Shown piece after piece: positions 38,184 through 50,243 of a DNA stretch of 64,000 nucleotides (position 1 is its first letter; each line of letters opens with the position of its first letter). This DNA is from Felis catus (taxonomy: Eukaryota), in contig NC_058368.1 in the NCBI RefSeq assembly GCF_018350175.1, forward strand, positions 35,528,001 to 35,592,000. Reading direction: 5' to 3'. The position numbers and the translations under genes were made by a program. The notes below the pieces were generated by a model. The model did no database searches. It saw only the letters and a program-made list of their open reading frames with translations, and was not told the origin of the DNA.

Positions 38184-38635
38184 AAGTTAGTTTCTTAGGG
38201 CTGCTGTAACAAAGCGTCACAAATTGGCTAGCATAAAGCAACAGAAATTTATTCTCTCATAATACTAGAGGCTAGGATTCCAAAATGTCAGGGCCATGCT
38301 TTCTCCAAAGGCCCTTCAGAGCCTAGGGAAGGATCCTTCCTAGCCTCTTCTAGCTTCTGGTGGTTGCCAGTAATTTTCAGTGTTCCTTGGCATTTGACAG
38401 CCTGACTCCAATCCCTGCCTCTGTCTTCACATGGCCTTCTTCCTTTGCCTCTGTGCATCTTTTCCTCTTCTTATAGGAGCACCAGTCATAATGAATTTAG
38501 GGCCCATCCTAATTCAGTATGATCTCGCTGTAATGCAACTATTATATCTGCAAAGATCTTGTTTCTAAATAAAGTCACACTCTGAGGTTCTGTGTGGATA
38601 TGAATTTTGTAGGGAACACTATTAAAGCCAGTACA
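38184..38635 (-). mobile_element. MaLR LTR (MLT1C-like)
   Basis: TTAGTTTCTTAGGGCTGCTGTAACAAAG...CAACAGAAATTTATTCTCTCA...CTTCTAGCTTCTGGTGGTTGCCAG...ends CAGTACA. Confidence 0.87.
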
Positions 38636-39049
38636 AGTATCATGAGGGAAAATCTAGATCAGGAAATGAATGGAAATCTTAGAACAGAGAATTTAACCAA
38701 CAAATGTGGCATTCATAAAAGAAACAACCTCATTCAGAGAATTGTGTCTTCAGGAATTTAGTTAGGATCTAAATCTCTTGACATCAGAATACAGGTATAT
38801 CTAGAAGACTGAAAGTCATGCACTTACTGCTTCCTCATTTATCTCATTTATTTCCTCAGTGAGCATACCATATTGTTATTCAAAAGAGAAAATCTAGGTT
38901 CAAAGAGATTACATAATATGCCCAAGGCTATACAATCATGAAACAGTGGGACTGGGATTTGAACTCAAGACTGTCAGCTTTCATAGGGAGACTTTTATTA
39001 ACCATTTTATGTAATAATAAATAATACTTGCTGAAGTGAATATTAATAA

Positions 39050-39310
39050 GCTTCCTCAGGCCGTCTCTTACGATCCTTCAATGCTTATATTAAATATTAT
39101 GTCTTTGAAGACTGCCCTAACTCACTCGGACAAAATTAGTTCTTCTGACTTCCCACATTTGGCTCACAATTCCACTATTGTAAGTCATTCCATTGCATTA
39201 TAGTTATCTATTTGCAAATCTGTCTCCTGTCTCATGTGAGGTACCATAACTTATCATCGCAGTATTCCTGTACCCAGCCTGGTGTCTGGCACATAATAGG
39301 AACTCAAATC
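39050..39310 (+). mobile_element. L2 3' end
   Basis: TGTCTCCT...CCCAGCCTGGTGTCTGGCACATAATAGGAACTCAA. Confidence 0.65.
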
Positions 39311-40098
39311 TTAATTGATTAAAGCTCTTCAGAAAAGAAGCATCACTTTCTAAAAATTTCTAAAAATGTTGTGTCTATATCCTCCCCCAATATACTATTT
39401 TCAGACTTTAGAGACTCTGAATTTCTCTCTTATGCCAAATGAAATACTTCTTCTTCAGTGCAGAAGTAATTCTACTTCAATTTTTATTTCTTTTCCCTTC
39501 TCTGAAAAGGTATAAAATAACTAGTCTCAAAGACTTTAGAAAAAGAAGCAGGTAATTTTATGTGTTCATTTTTATTTTCCTGCTTAATAATCTCAATTCC
39601 ATAACCTAATTTTATGATATTTTTTGAAACCCTGTTAACTATACTTATGAACACACATAAATGTTTTTCATTTCATTTTTGTTTTTAGGTCATTTCATCA
39701 TCTAAAAAAATTCACATTAACTCCAACCATGCTTTCTGTTCTATTTCTTCTCATACATCTTCATTTCCTGCTACTTCACTCATATTTCTAGGAACAATCA
39801 TCTGCTTTCATCAGACTCACTCAATAGCTTCCCGGGGAGACAGATCACCATGAAAACTACACCAAAGAGGGGGAAAAAAAAAAAAGCAAAGTGAGATTTA
39901 CCCAGGGCCACCACCTGATTCCCCTGGGCCTTTCAGCAACTAAATTGTATTCTTATTTATCTAGTCTCCTTCTATTTTCTCAATCCTGTGTTATCTACAA
40001 TAGAGGCTACAGAGTAAGAAAGCGCCAATTTATTTTAGCTCATGGCCAGCTCTCATTTCTTTACACGTTTCAATCCAGGACCAACGATGTCCTACATT

Positions 40099-40270
40099 TT
40101 GGCGACTCAAAGTGTGGTCCACAGAACAGCTGCAGGAGCATCACCCAGGAGAGCCTGTTAGAAATGCAGGCTCTCTGGCTCCTCCTCAGACCTACCGTAT
40201 CTGAATCTACATTTTGACAAATTTTCCAATTGATTTATAGGTACATTAATTTTGAGACACACATCCCTAG
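40099..40270. mobile_element. MER5A-family MITE
   Basis: ACTCAAAGTGTGGTCC...AGCATCACCCAGGAG...TGTTAGAAATGCAG...CAGACCTAC. Confidence 0.85.
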
Positions 40271-41599
40271 ATAATTAGAGGCAACCGTGAGTTAGAGGAA
40301 ATAGCCAGATTGACATAAAAAACCTAGGCTGGAATCCTGGCACTTCTATATGTCTAACCGTGTAAACTTTGAAAAATCACTTGGCATTTTCATTTTTATT
40401 TTCCTGGTTAAGAATCTGATCCTCAATTTCTTCAACTGTATATGAAAACTGTAAAGTAATCCAAGAACCACTTATATTAGATTCTTAAGTCATACAGAAT
40501 ACCTACTGAATCAGAATTTCTCAGAGAGTTACATTTTTAACAACCTTCCCAGATGACTCTTGGGCACATTTTAATTTCAGGGTCACTGTTGTCAATGCAC
40601 ATAGGAAACAATTTTTTCTATCTTGATATCAATGCTAATGACATGAAGGTCAAATCTAGTAACACAGAGGGCTGGCGATTTGAATAATTTTCTTATTAAG
40701 TTGGCTTCTGTACTGTATTTCGTCTTCCTTCTTTAATGTCCACCATAGGTGAAGAAGAGGTAATCTTCCCTTAAACTGAATCATTGCAAGAGGATTGCTT
40801 TATAGGAGAACTACAAAGACTGGCAATCTTTCCAAAACATTCTGCCAAGACAAAGGAACATGGTGCCTAGTGAGTTATTGTTATTACCAGTGGCTATTCA
40901 TTGCTCTTCTGATTTGTCTAAGAATATCAAAAAGGTTTCCAGGGAGATGTGGCTTCCCACTTTCTATTTCACAAGATATTTCTACACCTGGTAGTTAAAA
41001 AAAAATGCTTAAAACCAAATGCTTTCTTCTCACTGCTGTGTAAGCTTTCTAGATCAAAGAAATCCCTTCAGCAGTCCTATACAATTAATTTAGAGAACAA
41101 AATGATGGAAAGCAACATTTGGTGAGCCTCTTCTATATGCCAGGCACTGTTCTAGTTGTCCCATGGCTGCACATTCAGAAAATACCCCTACCATTCTAGG
41201 AACAAGGGATTTCTTTGTTGCATTTTACAGGTGATGATGAGAATGAGCACTGGACACATTATATACTGTTTTAACGTATAGTTTTATTCTGAGCTTTAGT
41301 CAGCACATTAAAAACTCAAAAAAAGAAAAACCACAAAAACTAAAGAGCTAATATTCTGAAAGTACTTAACTTACAGTTTACTTACAATCTAATCTCATTC
41401 ATGATTCTCAATTTTATAGTATCACTGAATTTATGAAATATTGCTTAGCGCTTGCTCTGTTCTCTTGGCTCCTGATACCCAGGGGGCAGGATTCCACAAG
41501 TACTAAAAGATGGCAATTTCCACAAAGTCTCCTGTACATCATGCTTTAGAATGGGGTTGATATTGCCTGAGATGGAATAAGAAGCATGCTGTCAAGAAA

Positions 41600-42140
41600 G
41601 GGATCTGAGAATTTCCAAAAAAAGGAGTACTGGCATCTGGCTTAGGGGGGTAGACAAGGCATGGAAAAGATCTTAACATGGCTGAGAGGAAGAGTTGAGG
41701 ATTGCAGGAGAAAGATTAAATACGCAAAGGTTGGGAAACCAAGGAAGTTCAGGGTCTGTTCAAGCAAACAGGAGTAGCCCATTTGGTTGCAACCCAATGG
41801 ATATGTGGGAGAGATCTGGGAAGCAAGGATGGTATCATGAAAATCTTTGAATGTCAAGCCAAAGAGTGTGTCATATATGCAGAAGGCTTTCAAACAGGGG
41901 AGTACTTGATGAGAGCTGCACTTTAAAGATCACTCTGGCAGCACTGTGTAAAATGTTTGGAGGAGAAAAAGAGACTGGGGGCAAGGAAGGGGGCTGTAAC
42001 CAAACCAACGGTCCTGGACAAGTGAAAGTGGAAAGGGGCAGCTGCTGTGAGAAGCTTCTGTGGAGCAGAATGTGGGCACCTTGCTGGGGCCTGAGCATCA
42101 CTAGCAAGGAGGGCAGCACACATATTAAAAATGAGAGGCA
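41600..42140 (-). mobile_element. L2 relic
   Basis: TCTTTGAATGTCAAGCCAAAGAGT...TGCACTTTAAAGATCACTCTGGCAGCACTGTG. Confidence 0.65.
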
Positions 42141-42354
42141 GCATTGAGAGGCCAACTGGAATCCTGGATATCACACTAAACCAGATTGGAATCTAGCTCA
42201 GTGCGTTACCTAACCTCTCTGAGTCTACAGCCATATTTGTAACAAAGGAAAAGTAACCTTACAGAGCTGTTATAAGAAGTGCCCGAGTGAACATGTAAGA
42301 TGTCTCATTTATAGTGGCTCTTATACTGTGGCTTCCCTCTTTCTCTGTGTCTTT

Positions 42355-42512
42355 GTTACTCTGAATACTGAGCGTGGACCAGCAGCAGTGACATAACTCA
42401 GAAACATATTAGAAATATAGACCCTCAATCTGTACCCTAACCGACTGAATCAGAATCTGAAATTTGACATGATCCCCAAAGATTTCAGTGCACATTTAAG
42501 TTTGAGAAGCAT
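42355..42512. mobile_element. MER5A-family MITE
   Basis: GTGGACCAGCAGCAG...ACTGAATCAGAATCTG...GATCCCC...TGCACATTTAAGTTTGAGAAGCA. Confidence 0.8.
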
Positions 42513-43548
42513 TACCCCATGGAGTCCTCCTGAGGTGTCCTCCATTCAGGTCCCCCATCTCCTCTTTGACTCCTTAGCCTTGACTCCCATTCTTTCTTCC
42601 ACTTCCCACCCTACAAAAAGAAATGGAGAAAAGAGAGGAAAAAATAATGAAGGGGGAAAAATACAGTAGAGCCTAGAAGAATGTCCTATGACTACAATAT
42701 AACAACACTAATTTTTTTTCTTTTGTGAAAACTGTCACTACAAGACATTTTAAAAACAGTTCTAAACAGTGAGTTTCAAAAATGTTTGAGGAAAAATGAC
42801 TTTCAAAGATAAATTCAGTTGGCAGTTTTTCTGCTATGTTTGTTGGGAGGTGGGGGCTGTCTCATTATTTTATTGGCACACTCATAGTCAAGCTTTTAGA
42901 ATGACTGATAAAAGGAAAAGACAGTTCTAGTGACAGTAGTAATCCAATTTTATAAGGCAACAAGCAGGACCTGTGGCTGAGAGGGGAATCTTTGATTTTG
43001 TGGATTAAGGATCAAACTCAGTCCTGAATGTCTATGTGTTTGGCCACCATTCAAGCCAAAGCTTTTAGGCTCTTGACATTGTAAAACAACAACACAGTAA
43101 AGGATCAAAGAATGGAGAATTCTTGCAAGTAAGAGTTAGGTCGGTCTGTGCCAGCTCAGGTTTCTGTATACAGCATCCACAAGCACGGGGAAGCTGCTAA
43201 GTTGGTGAGCCATTGGTTCAAGGTAGCAAAAACAGACATTCTGATTCTAAGCAGAAAGGACAGTATCATGACGTCTAAGGCCAGGCTTGCAAAGGTGCAT
43301 TCATAATGAGAAAAAGAGAGCCACAAAACAAACAGCCCTGGATCAATATCTCAGAAATTCATCCGACATGGACTCAGGCCTCCCCATGAGAACAGTCTTC
43401 AACATACTCTTCAAAATCTGCCTGGGAATACTTTCCTGAATCTCCAAACCCTGATAAGAATCTGCAACTGACAAAACATTGCATTGGCTGATTTTATTTC
43501 AGTATTTGTAAGTGAGGAATACATGGATTTAAAAGTATACACCGTTGA

Positions 43549-43771
43549 GGGGTGCCTGGGTGGCTTGGTCAGTTAAGCGTCCGACTTCGGCTCAGGTCAT
43601 GATTTCACGGTCCGTGAGTTCGAGCCCCGTGTCAGGCTCTGTGCTGACAGCTCAGAGCCTGGAGCCTGTTTCAGATTCTGTGTCTCCCTCTTTCTCTGCT
43701 CCTCCCCTGTTCATGCTCTGTCTCTCTCTGTCTCAAAAATAAATAAACGTTAAAAAAATTAAAAAAAAAAT
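43549..43771 (+). mobile_element. CAN-SINE (young feline type)
   Basis: Near-consensus body retaining CpGs; 18-bp TSD AAAAGTATACACC(G/A)TTGA at 43531-43548 and 43772-43789. Confidence 0.97.
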
Positions 43772-44322
43772 AAAAGTATACACCATTGATTAGATAGTCT
43801 ATCACATTTAGCATAATTTCACATTATTACTGAAAGCACCATTGTGATAAGGAACAAAGAACTAAGATGGCAATACTCTTTCTTACTTTCTAGCGAAGTT
43901 CTTAAGCAAGTTAAAAGCTACATCATCACCCCATGATATGTCAATAATGATAATAATTAATTTTCAATTATTAAGCAATCACTCTCTACTACAGACTGTT
44001 CTTACCAAATATTACTGTTAAGGATGGTAGATAATTCCCATCTTACAGATGTTGAAACTGAGGCAGAGAGAGGCTAATATCTTGTCAAAGGATAAAAAAA
44101 GATAAAAGATGAACATGACCCTCATATTTACATCTTTCCAACTCCAAAGTCCTATCTACTAATCCACATTACCTCTAATAATGCACTCTACCTTGTTGCT
44201 CCTCAGTTTCCTCAACTGTGAAATGAAGACTTCAGCAATATGGTCTCCCATGTCTTTTTCTGCCCTGACAATCTTTGATTCTCTCTGACATTAGGTTAGT
44301 CATTTTATATAATGTAGAATAT

Positions 44323-44713
44323 TCTGATGGTTAATTTTATGTGTCAACTTGGCTAGGCTATGGTGTACAATTATTTGGTCTAAACTAGATGATATGGTGA
44401 AGATAGTTTTAGATGTGATTAATATTAACAATAAGTTGACTTTAGTTAAAGATTATCCTCAATAATGTGAGTGGGTCTTATTCATTCATTTCAAGGCCTT
44501 AAAAGAAAAACTGAAGTTCCATAAAGAAAAAGTAATTTTCCTCAAGACTGTAATATAGAAACCCTGCCAGAGTTTTCAGCCTTCCAACCTACCCTACTAA
44601 TTTTGGACTCAAAATGGCAAAATCAGTTCTTACCTTAGTTTCCAGTATACCAGACTGCCCAGCAGATTTCAGACTTGCCAGATCCCATAGTCTTGTGAGG
44701 TAGATCCTTAAAA
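44323..44713 (+). mobile_element. ERVL LTR (MLT2D-like), 3'-truncated
   Basis: TGATGGTTAATTTTATGTGTCAACTTGGCTAGGCTATGGTG start; GATTTCAGACTTGCCAG near end. Confidence 0.85.
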
Positions 44714-44795
44714 AACTGTGAGAAATAAATTCCTGTTGTTTATTAGCCACCCAGTCTGTGATATTTTGTTATAGCAGCCTAAACAAACTAAGATA
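44714..44795 (+). mobile_element. MaLR MLT1 LTR 3' end
   Basis: AACTGTGAGAAATAAATTCCTGTTGTTTA..AGCCACCCAGTCTGTGATATTTTGTTATAGCAGCC...AACTAAGATA. Confidence 0.85.
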
Positions 44796-45447
44796 AGGGG
44801 CAAAAGAACTATAAGATAGACATAAAACAATTAACAAAATGGTAATAGTAAGTCCTTCTATATCAATAATTACTTTAAATATAAATGGATTAAATTCCCT
44901 AATAAAAAGACCTAGAGTGGTTGAATGAATTTTTTCAAAAATCTAATTACGTGGTGTCTACTAGGATTCATTATAGATTTAAAAACACATGTAGGCTGAT
45001 AGTGATAGGATAAAAAAACATTTATATGTGAATGGTAACCAAAAAGAGAGTAAAGAGTGGCCATAGTTATATCAGAAACAAACAAAAACAACAACAACAA
45101 AAAACAGACTTTTCTGTCTTATTTTTGACAAAACTGTCAAAAGAGACAAAGATAAGATATTATAATAAAAAAGGGTCAATTCACAAGAATATATAACAAT
45201 TATATACACACCCAACATCAGGGGTATCTGTAACTAAATACATAAAGCAAACATTGACAGAACTGAAGAGAGAAATAGACGGCAACACAATAATAGTAGG
45301 AGATGTCAATACTCTATTTTCAATAATAGAATATCCAAATAGAAGATCAATAAGGGAACAGAGGACTTGGACAATACTAAACACTAAGTGGATCTAATAG
45401 ACATGTAAAGAACATTTCACCCAACAGCAACAGAATATATATTCTTT

Positions 45448-45582
45448 TTTTTTTTACGTTTATATGAACATTTATTCAAATACAGGATATTGCTCTTGTG
45501 AGAACTAAAATTTATATATTTTTAAATATAATGATGTCATTGTCTTTTTAAGCAACAAAAACTATGTGAGATGTGGGTCTAT
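45448..45582 (-). pseudogene. Short polyadenylated orphan retro-insert (mRNA 3'-end retrocopy or orphan 3' transduction)
   Basis: 21-bp TSD GCAACAGA(A/C)TATATATTCTTT (45427-45447 and 45583-45603); minus-strand AATAAA 15 nt before the poly(A); sequence does not resemble L1 or SINE. Confidence 0.75.
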
Positions 45583-45677
45583 GCAACAGACTATATATTC
45601 TTTAAGCACACATGGAATATTTTCAGGATAGATCATATGTTAGGTCATAAAACACAAAGCAGGTGTTAACAAATTTA

Positions 45678-45900
45678 TTTTTTTTTAATTTTTTTTTTAA
45701 CGTTTTATTTATTTTTGAGACAAAGAGAGACAGAGCATGAACGAGGGAGGGGCAGAGAGAGAGGGAGACACAGAATCAGAAGCAGGCTCCAGGCTCTGAG
45801 CCATCAACACAGAGCCTGACGCGGGGCTCGAACTCACGGACCGCGAGATCGTGACCTGGCTGAAGTCGGACGCTTAACCGACTGAGCCACCCAGGCGCCC
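45678..45900 (-). mobile_element. CAN-SINE (very young feline subfamily) nested in L1
   Basis: CpG-rich body with GACCTGGCTGAAGTCGGACGC; perfect 16-bp TSD GGTGTTAACAAATTTA (45662-45677 and 45903-45918). Confidence 0.97.
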
Positions 45901-47532
45901 TGGGTGTTAACAAATTTAAAGAGACTAAAATTATATCAAGCATCTTTTCCAGCCACAATGGAATGAAACTAAAAACTAATTACAGAAGGAATACTGGAAA
46001 ATTCACAGTATGTGAAAATTAAACACACCTTGCACATCCAATAAGACAAAGAAGAAATCAAAAGGGGAGTTAGAACATACCTTGAGACAAATGAAAACAA
46101 AAATATAGCACACCAACAGGTATGGGATGCAGCAAAAGCAGTACTAAAAAAGTTTGTAGTGACAAGGCCTACATTAAAAAAAATTGTCTTAAGTAAACAA
46201 CCTAACTTTACAACTCAAAAAATTAAAAAAAAAAAAAAAAAAAAAGAACAAACTAAATGCAGGAGGAAAGTAATACCAAAGATTAGAGCAGAAATAGAGA
46301 AGAGAAAAATAATTTAAAAAGTTAACAAAACTAAGAGTTGTTTGTTTTTTTTTTTTAAAGATCAAAAAAGTTGACAAATCTTTAGCTGGACTCAGAAAAA
46401 GAGGAAAGACACACACACAAAAAAGACATTAATAACTAATGCCATAGAAATAAAAAGGATTATGAGACAACTATAACCAATTACAAACTAACAAATTGGA
46501 TAACTTTGAATAAATTGATAACTTCCTAGAAACACACAACTTACCAAGACTGACTCATGGAGAAATAGAAAATCTAATCTGTGACTAGTAAGGAGATTGA
46601 ATCAGTAATCAAAACCCTCCCCAAAAAAGACAAGCCCAAGAGCAGATGACGTCACTGGTAAATTTTACCAAACAGCTAAAGAATGTCAATTCTTCTCAAA
46701 TTCTTCCAAAAAATTGAAAACTCATTTTATGAGGCCAGCATTACCCTGATACCAAAGCCATAAAAGACCCTATAAGAAAAGAAAACTACAGGCCAATATC
46801 CCTGATGAATACAAGTTAAAAATATATACATATTAAGCCTCAACAAAATACTAACGAACAAAATTCAATACACCTTTAAAAAAACCCATCATATACCATG
46901 ACTAAGATTTATCCCTGCGATGCAAGTATGGTTCAACAAAGGAAAATTAGTTAATGTGACACATCATATTAACAGAGGAAAGAATAAAAATCACATAAAA
47001 TCAAAGAATAAAATTCACATTTGATAAAAAACAGAAAAAACACTTGATAAAATTTAGCACCCTTCATCTTAAAAACATTCAATAAGCTAGGAATATAGGG
47101 AGTGTACCTCTCCATAATAAAGGCCATGTATCAAAAGTGAATAGCTAACTTCATACCCAACAGTGAAAAACTCAAAGTTTTTTCTCTGTCCTATTCCTAT
47201 TGAGTTTGAGGAAAACTCAAAGTTTTCCTTGTCCTGAGATTAGGAATAGGACAAGGATGCCCACTCTCACTGCTTCTATGCAGTAAAGTACTGGAAGTTC
47301 TAAACCAGAGCAATGAAGCAAGAAAAACAAATATCATCCCAATCAGAAAGAAAGATGACATGATCTACACGTTAAAAAAAAAAAACAAAACCCTATAGAT
47401 TACACACACACAAAGTTAGAACTAATAAACGAATGCACCAAAGTTGTAAACTACAAAATTAACAAATAAAAATCTGTTGTGTTTTTATACTAACAATGAA
47501 CAACCCGAAAGGAAATTAAGAGAGCAATTACA

Positions 47533-47745
47533 GGAGGACCTGGGTGGCTCAAGTTAAGCATCTGACTTTAGCTCAGGTCATCATGTCACCACTTGTGAGT
47601 TCAAGCCTTCCATCAGGCTCTATGCTGACAGCTCAGTCTGGAGCCTACTAGGGATTCTGTGTCTCCCTCTCTCCCTGCCACTCCCCCACTCGCACTCTGT
47701 CTCTCTCTCCTCTCAAAAATAAGTAAACATTTAAAAATGTTTAAA
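47533..47745 (+). mobile_element. CAN-SINE nested in L1
   Basis: CCTGGGTGGCTCAAGTTAAGCATCTGACTTTAGCTCAGGTCAT head; degenerate TSD AAGA(G/A)AG(C/T)AA(T/C)TACA. Confidence 0.92.
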
Positions 47746-50045
47746 AAGAAAGTAACTACATTTACGGTAGCATCAGAATGAATGAAATACATAAGATTAA
47801 ACTTAACCAATCAGGAGAAAGACCTGTACACTAAATTTATAAAATATTGCTGAAAGAAATGAAATAAGATGTAAATAAATGGGAAGACATTCCATTTTTG
47901 TAGACTGAAAGGCAATATTGATAAAATGTCCCATAATACCCAAAGTGGTCTACAGATTGAATGCAATCTCTATAAAAATCCCAACAGTATTTTTTTTTTG
48001 CAGAAATAGAAAAAAGAAAAACAATCCTATAATTCATACAGAATCACAAAGGACTCTGAGTAGCCAAAATAATCTTGGGAAAGAACAAAGCTAAAGTTCT
48101 CACACTTCCTCATTTCTAAACATATTACGAAGCTACAATAAAATGAATTAAAACAGCATGGTAATGCATAAGGACAGATATATAGACCAATGGAACAGAA
48201 CAAAAAGCCCAGAAATAAACCCCTGTCTATATGGTCAACTGATCTTTGACAAGAGCACTAAAAATACACAATAGAGAATGAGTAATCTTGTCAACAAATG
48301 ATATTGAGCAAACTGTACATCCACAAGCAAAACAATGAAATTGGAACTTTGTACCATACACAAAAATCAACTCAAAATGGATTAAAGTCTTAAATGCAAG
48401 GAACCGAAACTATAAAACTTCTAGAAGAAAGCATAGGGTGAAATTTTATGACCTTGATCTTGACAATGATTTACTGGATATGACACCAAAAGCATAGGCA
48501 ACATAAGCAAAAATAAATAAGAAAGACTATATCAAATGAAAAATCTCTGTACAGTGAGGAAAACAACAGAGTAAAAAGGCAACTTACAGAATGGGAGAAA
48601 ATATTTGCAAAGTGTGGATCTCACAAGGGTTTCATGTCAAAATATTTGAAGAATTCTCGCAACTCAATAGCAGAAAACAAATAATATAAAAATGGGCAAA
48701 AGACTGAAATAGGTATTTCTCCAAAGAAGACATACAGAGGACCAACAGGTATGTGAAAAGACATTCAACATCACATCACTAATCATAAGAGAAATGCAAA
48801 TCAAACCCACAATAAGATATCACCTTATACCTATTAGACTGGCCGTATGAAAATAAGTAAATAAAATAGAAAATAATAAGTGTTGGTGAGGATGTCAAGA
48901 AATTGGAGCCTTAACATTGTTAGGAGTGTAAAATGGCACAGCCACTATGGAGAAGAGTATGGAGGATTAATTTTAAAAAGTAAAAATAGAACTATATGAT
49001 CCTGCCATCCCACTTCTGAGTATTTATCAAAAAAAAAAAAAAATGGAAATGAGGATCTCCAAGAGGTGCGTGCACTCCCATGTTTATTACAGCATTGCTT
49101 GTAATAGCCAAGAGGTGGAAGCAACCTCAGTGTCCATTGACTAATGAATAAATAATGTGATTTGTACACACCATGGAATATTATTCAGGCTTTAAAAAGT
49201 AAGGAAATATAGTCATATGCAGCAACAATGGATGAACCTGGAGGACATTGTGCTAACTAAAATAAGCAAGTTCCACAAGGATAAATACTGCATGATTCCA
49301 TTTATATGAGGTAACTAAGTAGTCAAACTCATCAAAACAGAAAGTAGAAGGGTGATTGCCAGGGGCTGGGAGGAGAGGAAAATTGGGAGTTGCTCTTTCA
49401 TGGGCCTAAAGTTTATCACGTAAGATGGAAAAATTCTAGCGAGCTTTGTGCTTATAGTTACCGATATTGTGATGCACACTTACAAGTTTGTAAGAAGACT
49501 GGTCTCATGCTTTTTACTATGATTTTTTTTAAGTAGATATGTTAAATTGGAAGTAAAATCAAATTAGCGGAAAGAATTACAAGAAGCATAGTTTTTGCTT
49601 CTAGACCTGTGGCCAGGTGCATAGTCAAAAACATTTTGGGGTTTGTTTTTCCAAATATATTCCACAATTTTTCATGGTAACTTCCTCCATTATCCTTAGG
49701 GAATTTTTCTTTAAAATGCTCCTAACTCTATCATGAGATATAGCATTTGTTTCTTGTCCTAAGTCTAAATGTTTGATTTGGTACTTGGCCATGCCCTTAG
49801 GATTCGTCATGTATCTTTTCTTCCCTGTACTATAAAATGTGTTAAATGGCTCTGAGACTTTATCATGCTATAAACTACTAAAATTCCTTGGTATTGACCA
49901 GCAGATTGATGATCCTTAAACTTCATTATAAAATAACCAATTCAGTCAGAGAGGTACTTATCTCATCAGATTTTATTCTCTTGGTTATACTTTTCATTTT
50001 GCCACCCAGTTCTTGCCTTTCAAAAGAACTGAAGTTCAGTTTAAT

Positions 50046-50243
50046 GTACCTGTGCTATTCACACATGGTACTTATATTTAAATTTAAATTAATTAAAATT
50101 ATATACAATTGAAAATTCAGTTTCCTCATCACACTAGCTGCCTTTAAGAGCTCAATAGCCACATGGGGCTAGTGACTACTGAAGTGAGTAGTCCAGATAT
50201 AGCTCATTTCTATTATTGCAGAAAGTTCTATTGGACAGTGCTG
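50046..50243 (-). mobile_element. MER3 hAT-Charlie MITE
   Basis: ATTTAAATTTAAATTAATTAAAATT...CTCAATAGCCACATGGGGCTAGTG...GCAGAAAGTTCTATTGGACAGTGCTG. Confidence 0.88.

Larger units (their letters stand above)
44800..49530 (+). mobile_element. L1 LINE (L1MB1/L1MB2-like): disrupted near-complete ORF2 plus 3' UTR
   Basis: Endonuclease start (SIITLNINGLNSLIKR, ~44861), NSFYEASITLIPKP..KENYRPISLMN, RQGCPLS, DDMIY, DQWNR; L1MB-type 3' UTR; many stops and frameshifts. Confidence 0.93.

Noticed and set aside
4251..47745. tRNA genes at SINE heads
   Set aside because: These A/B-box sequences are the tRNA-derived heads of CAN-SINEs, followed by CT linkers and A tails
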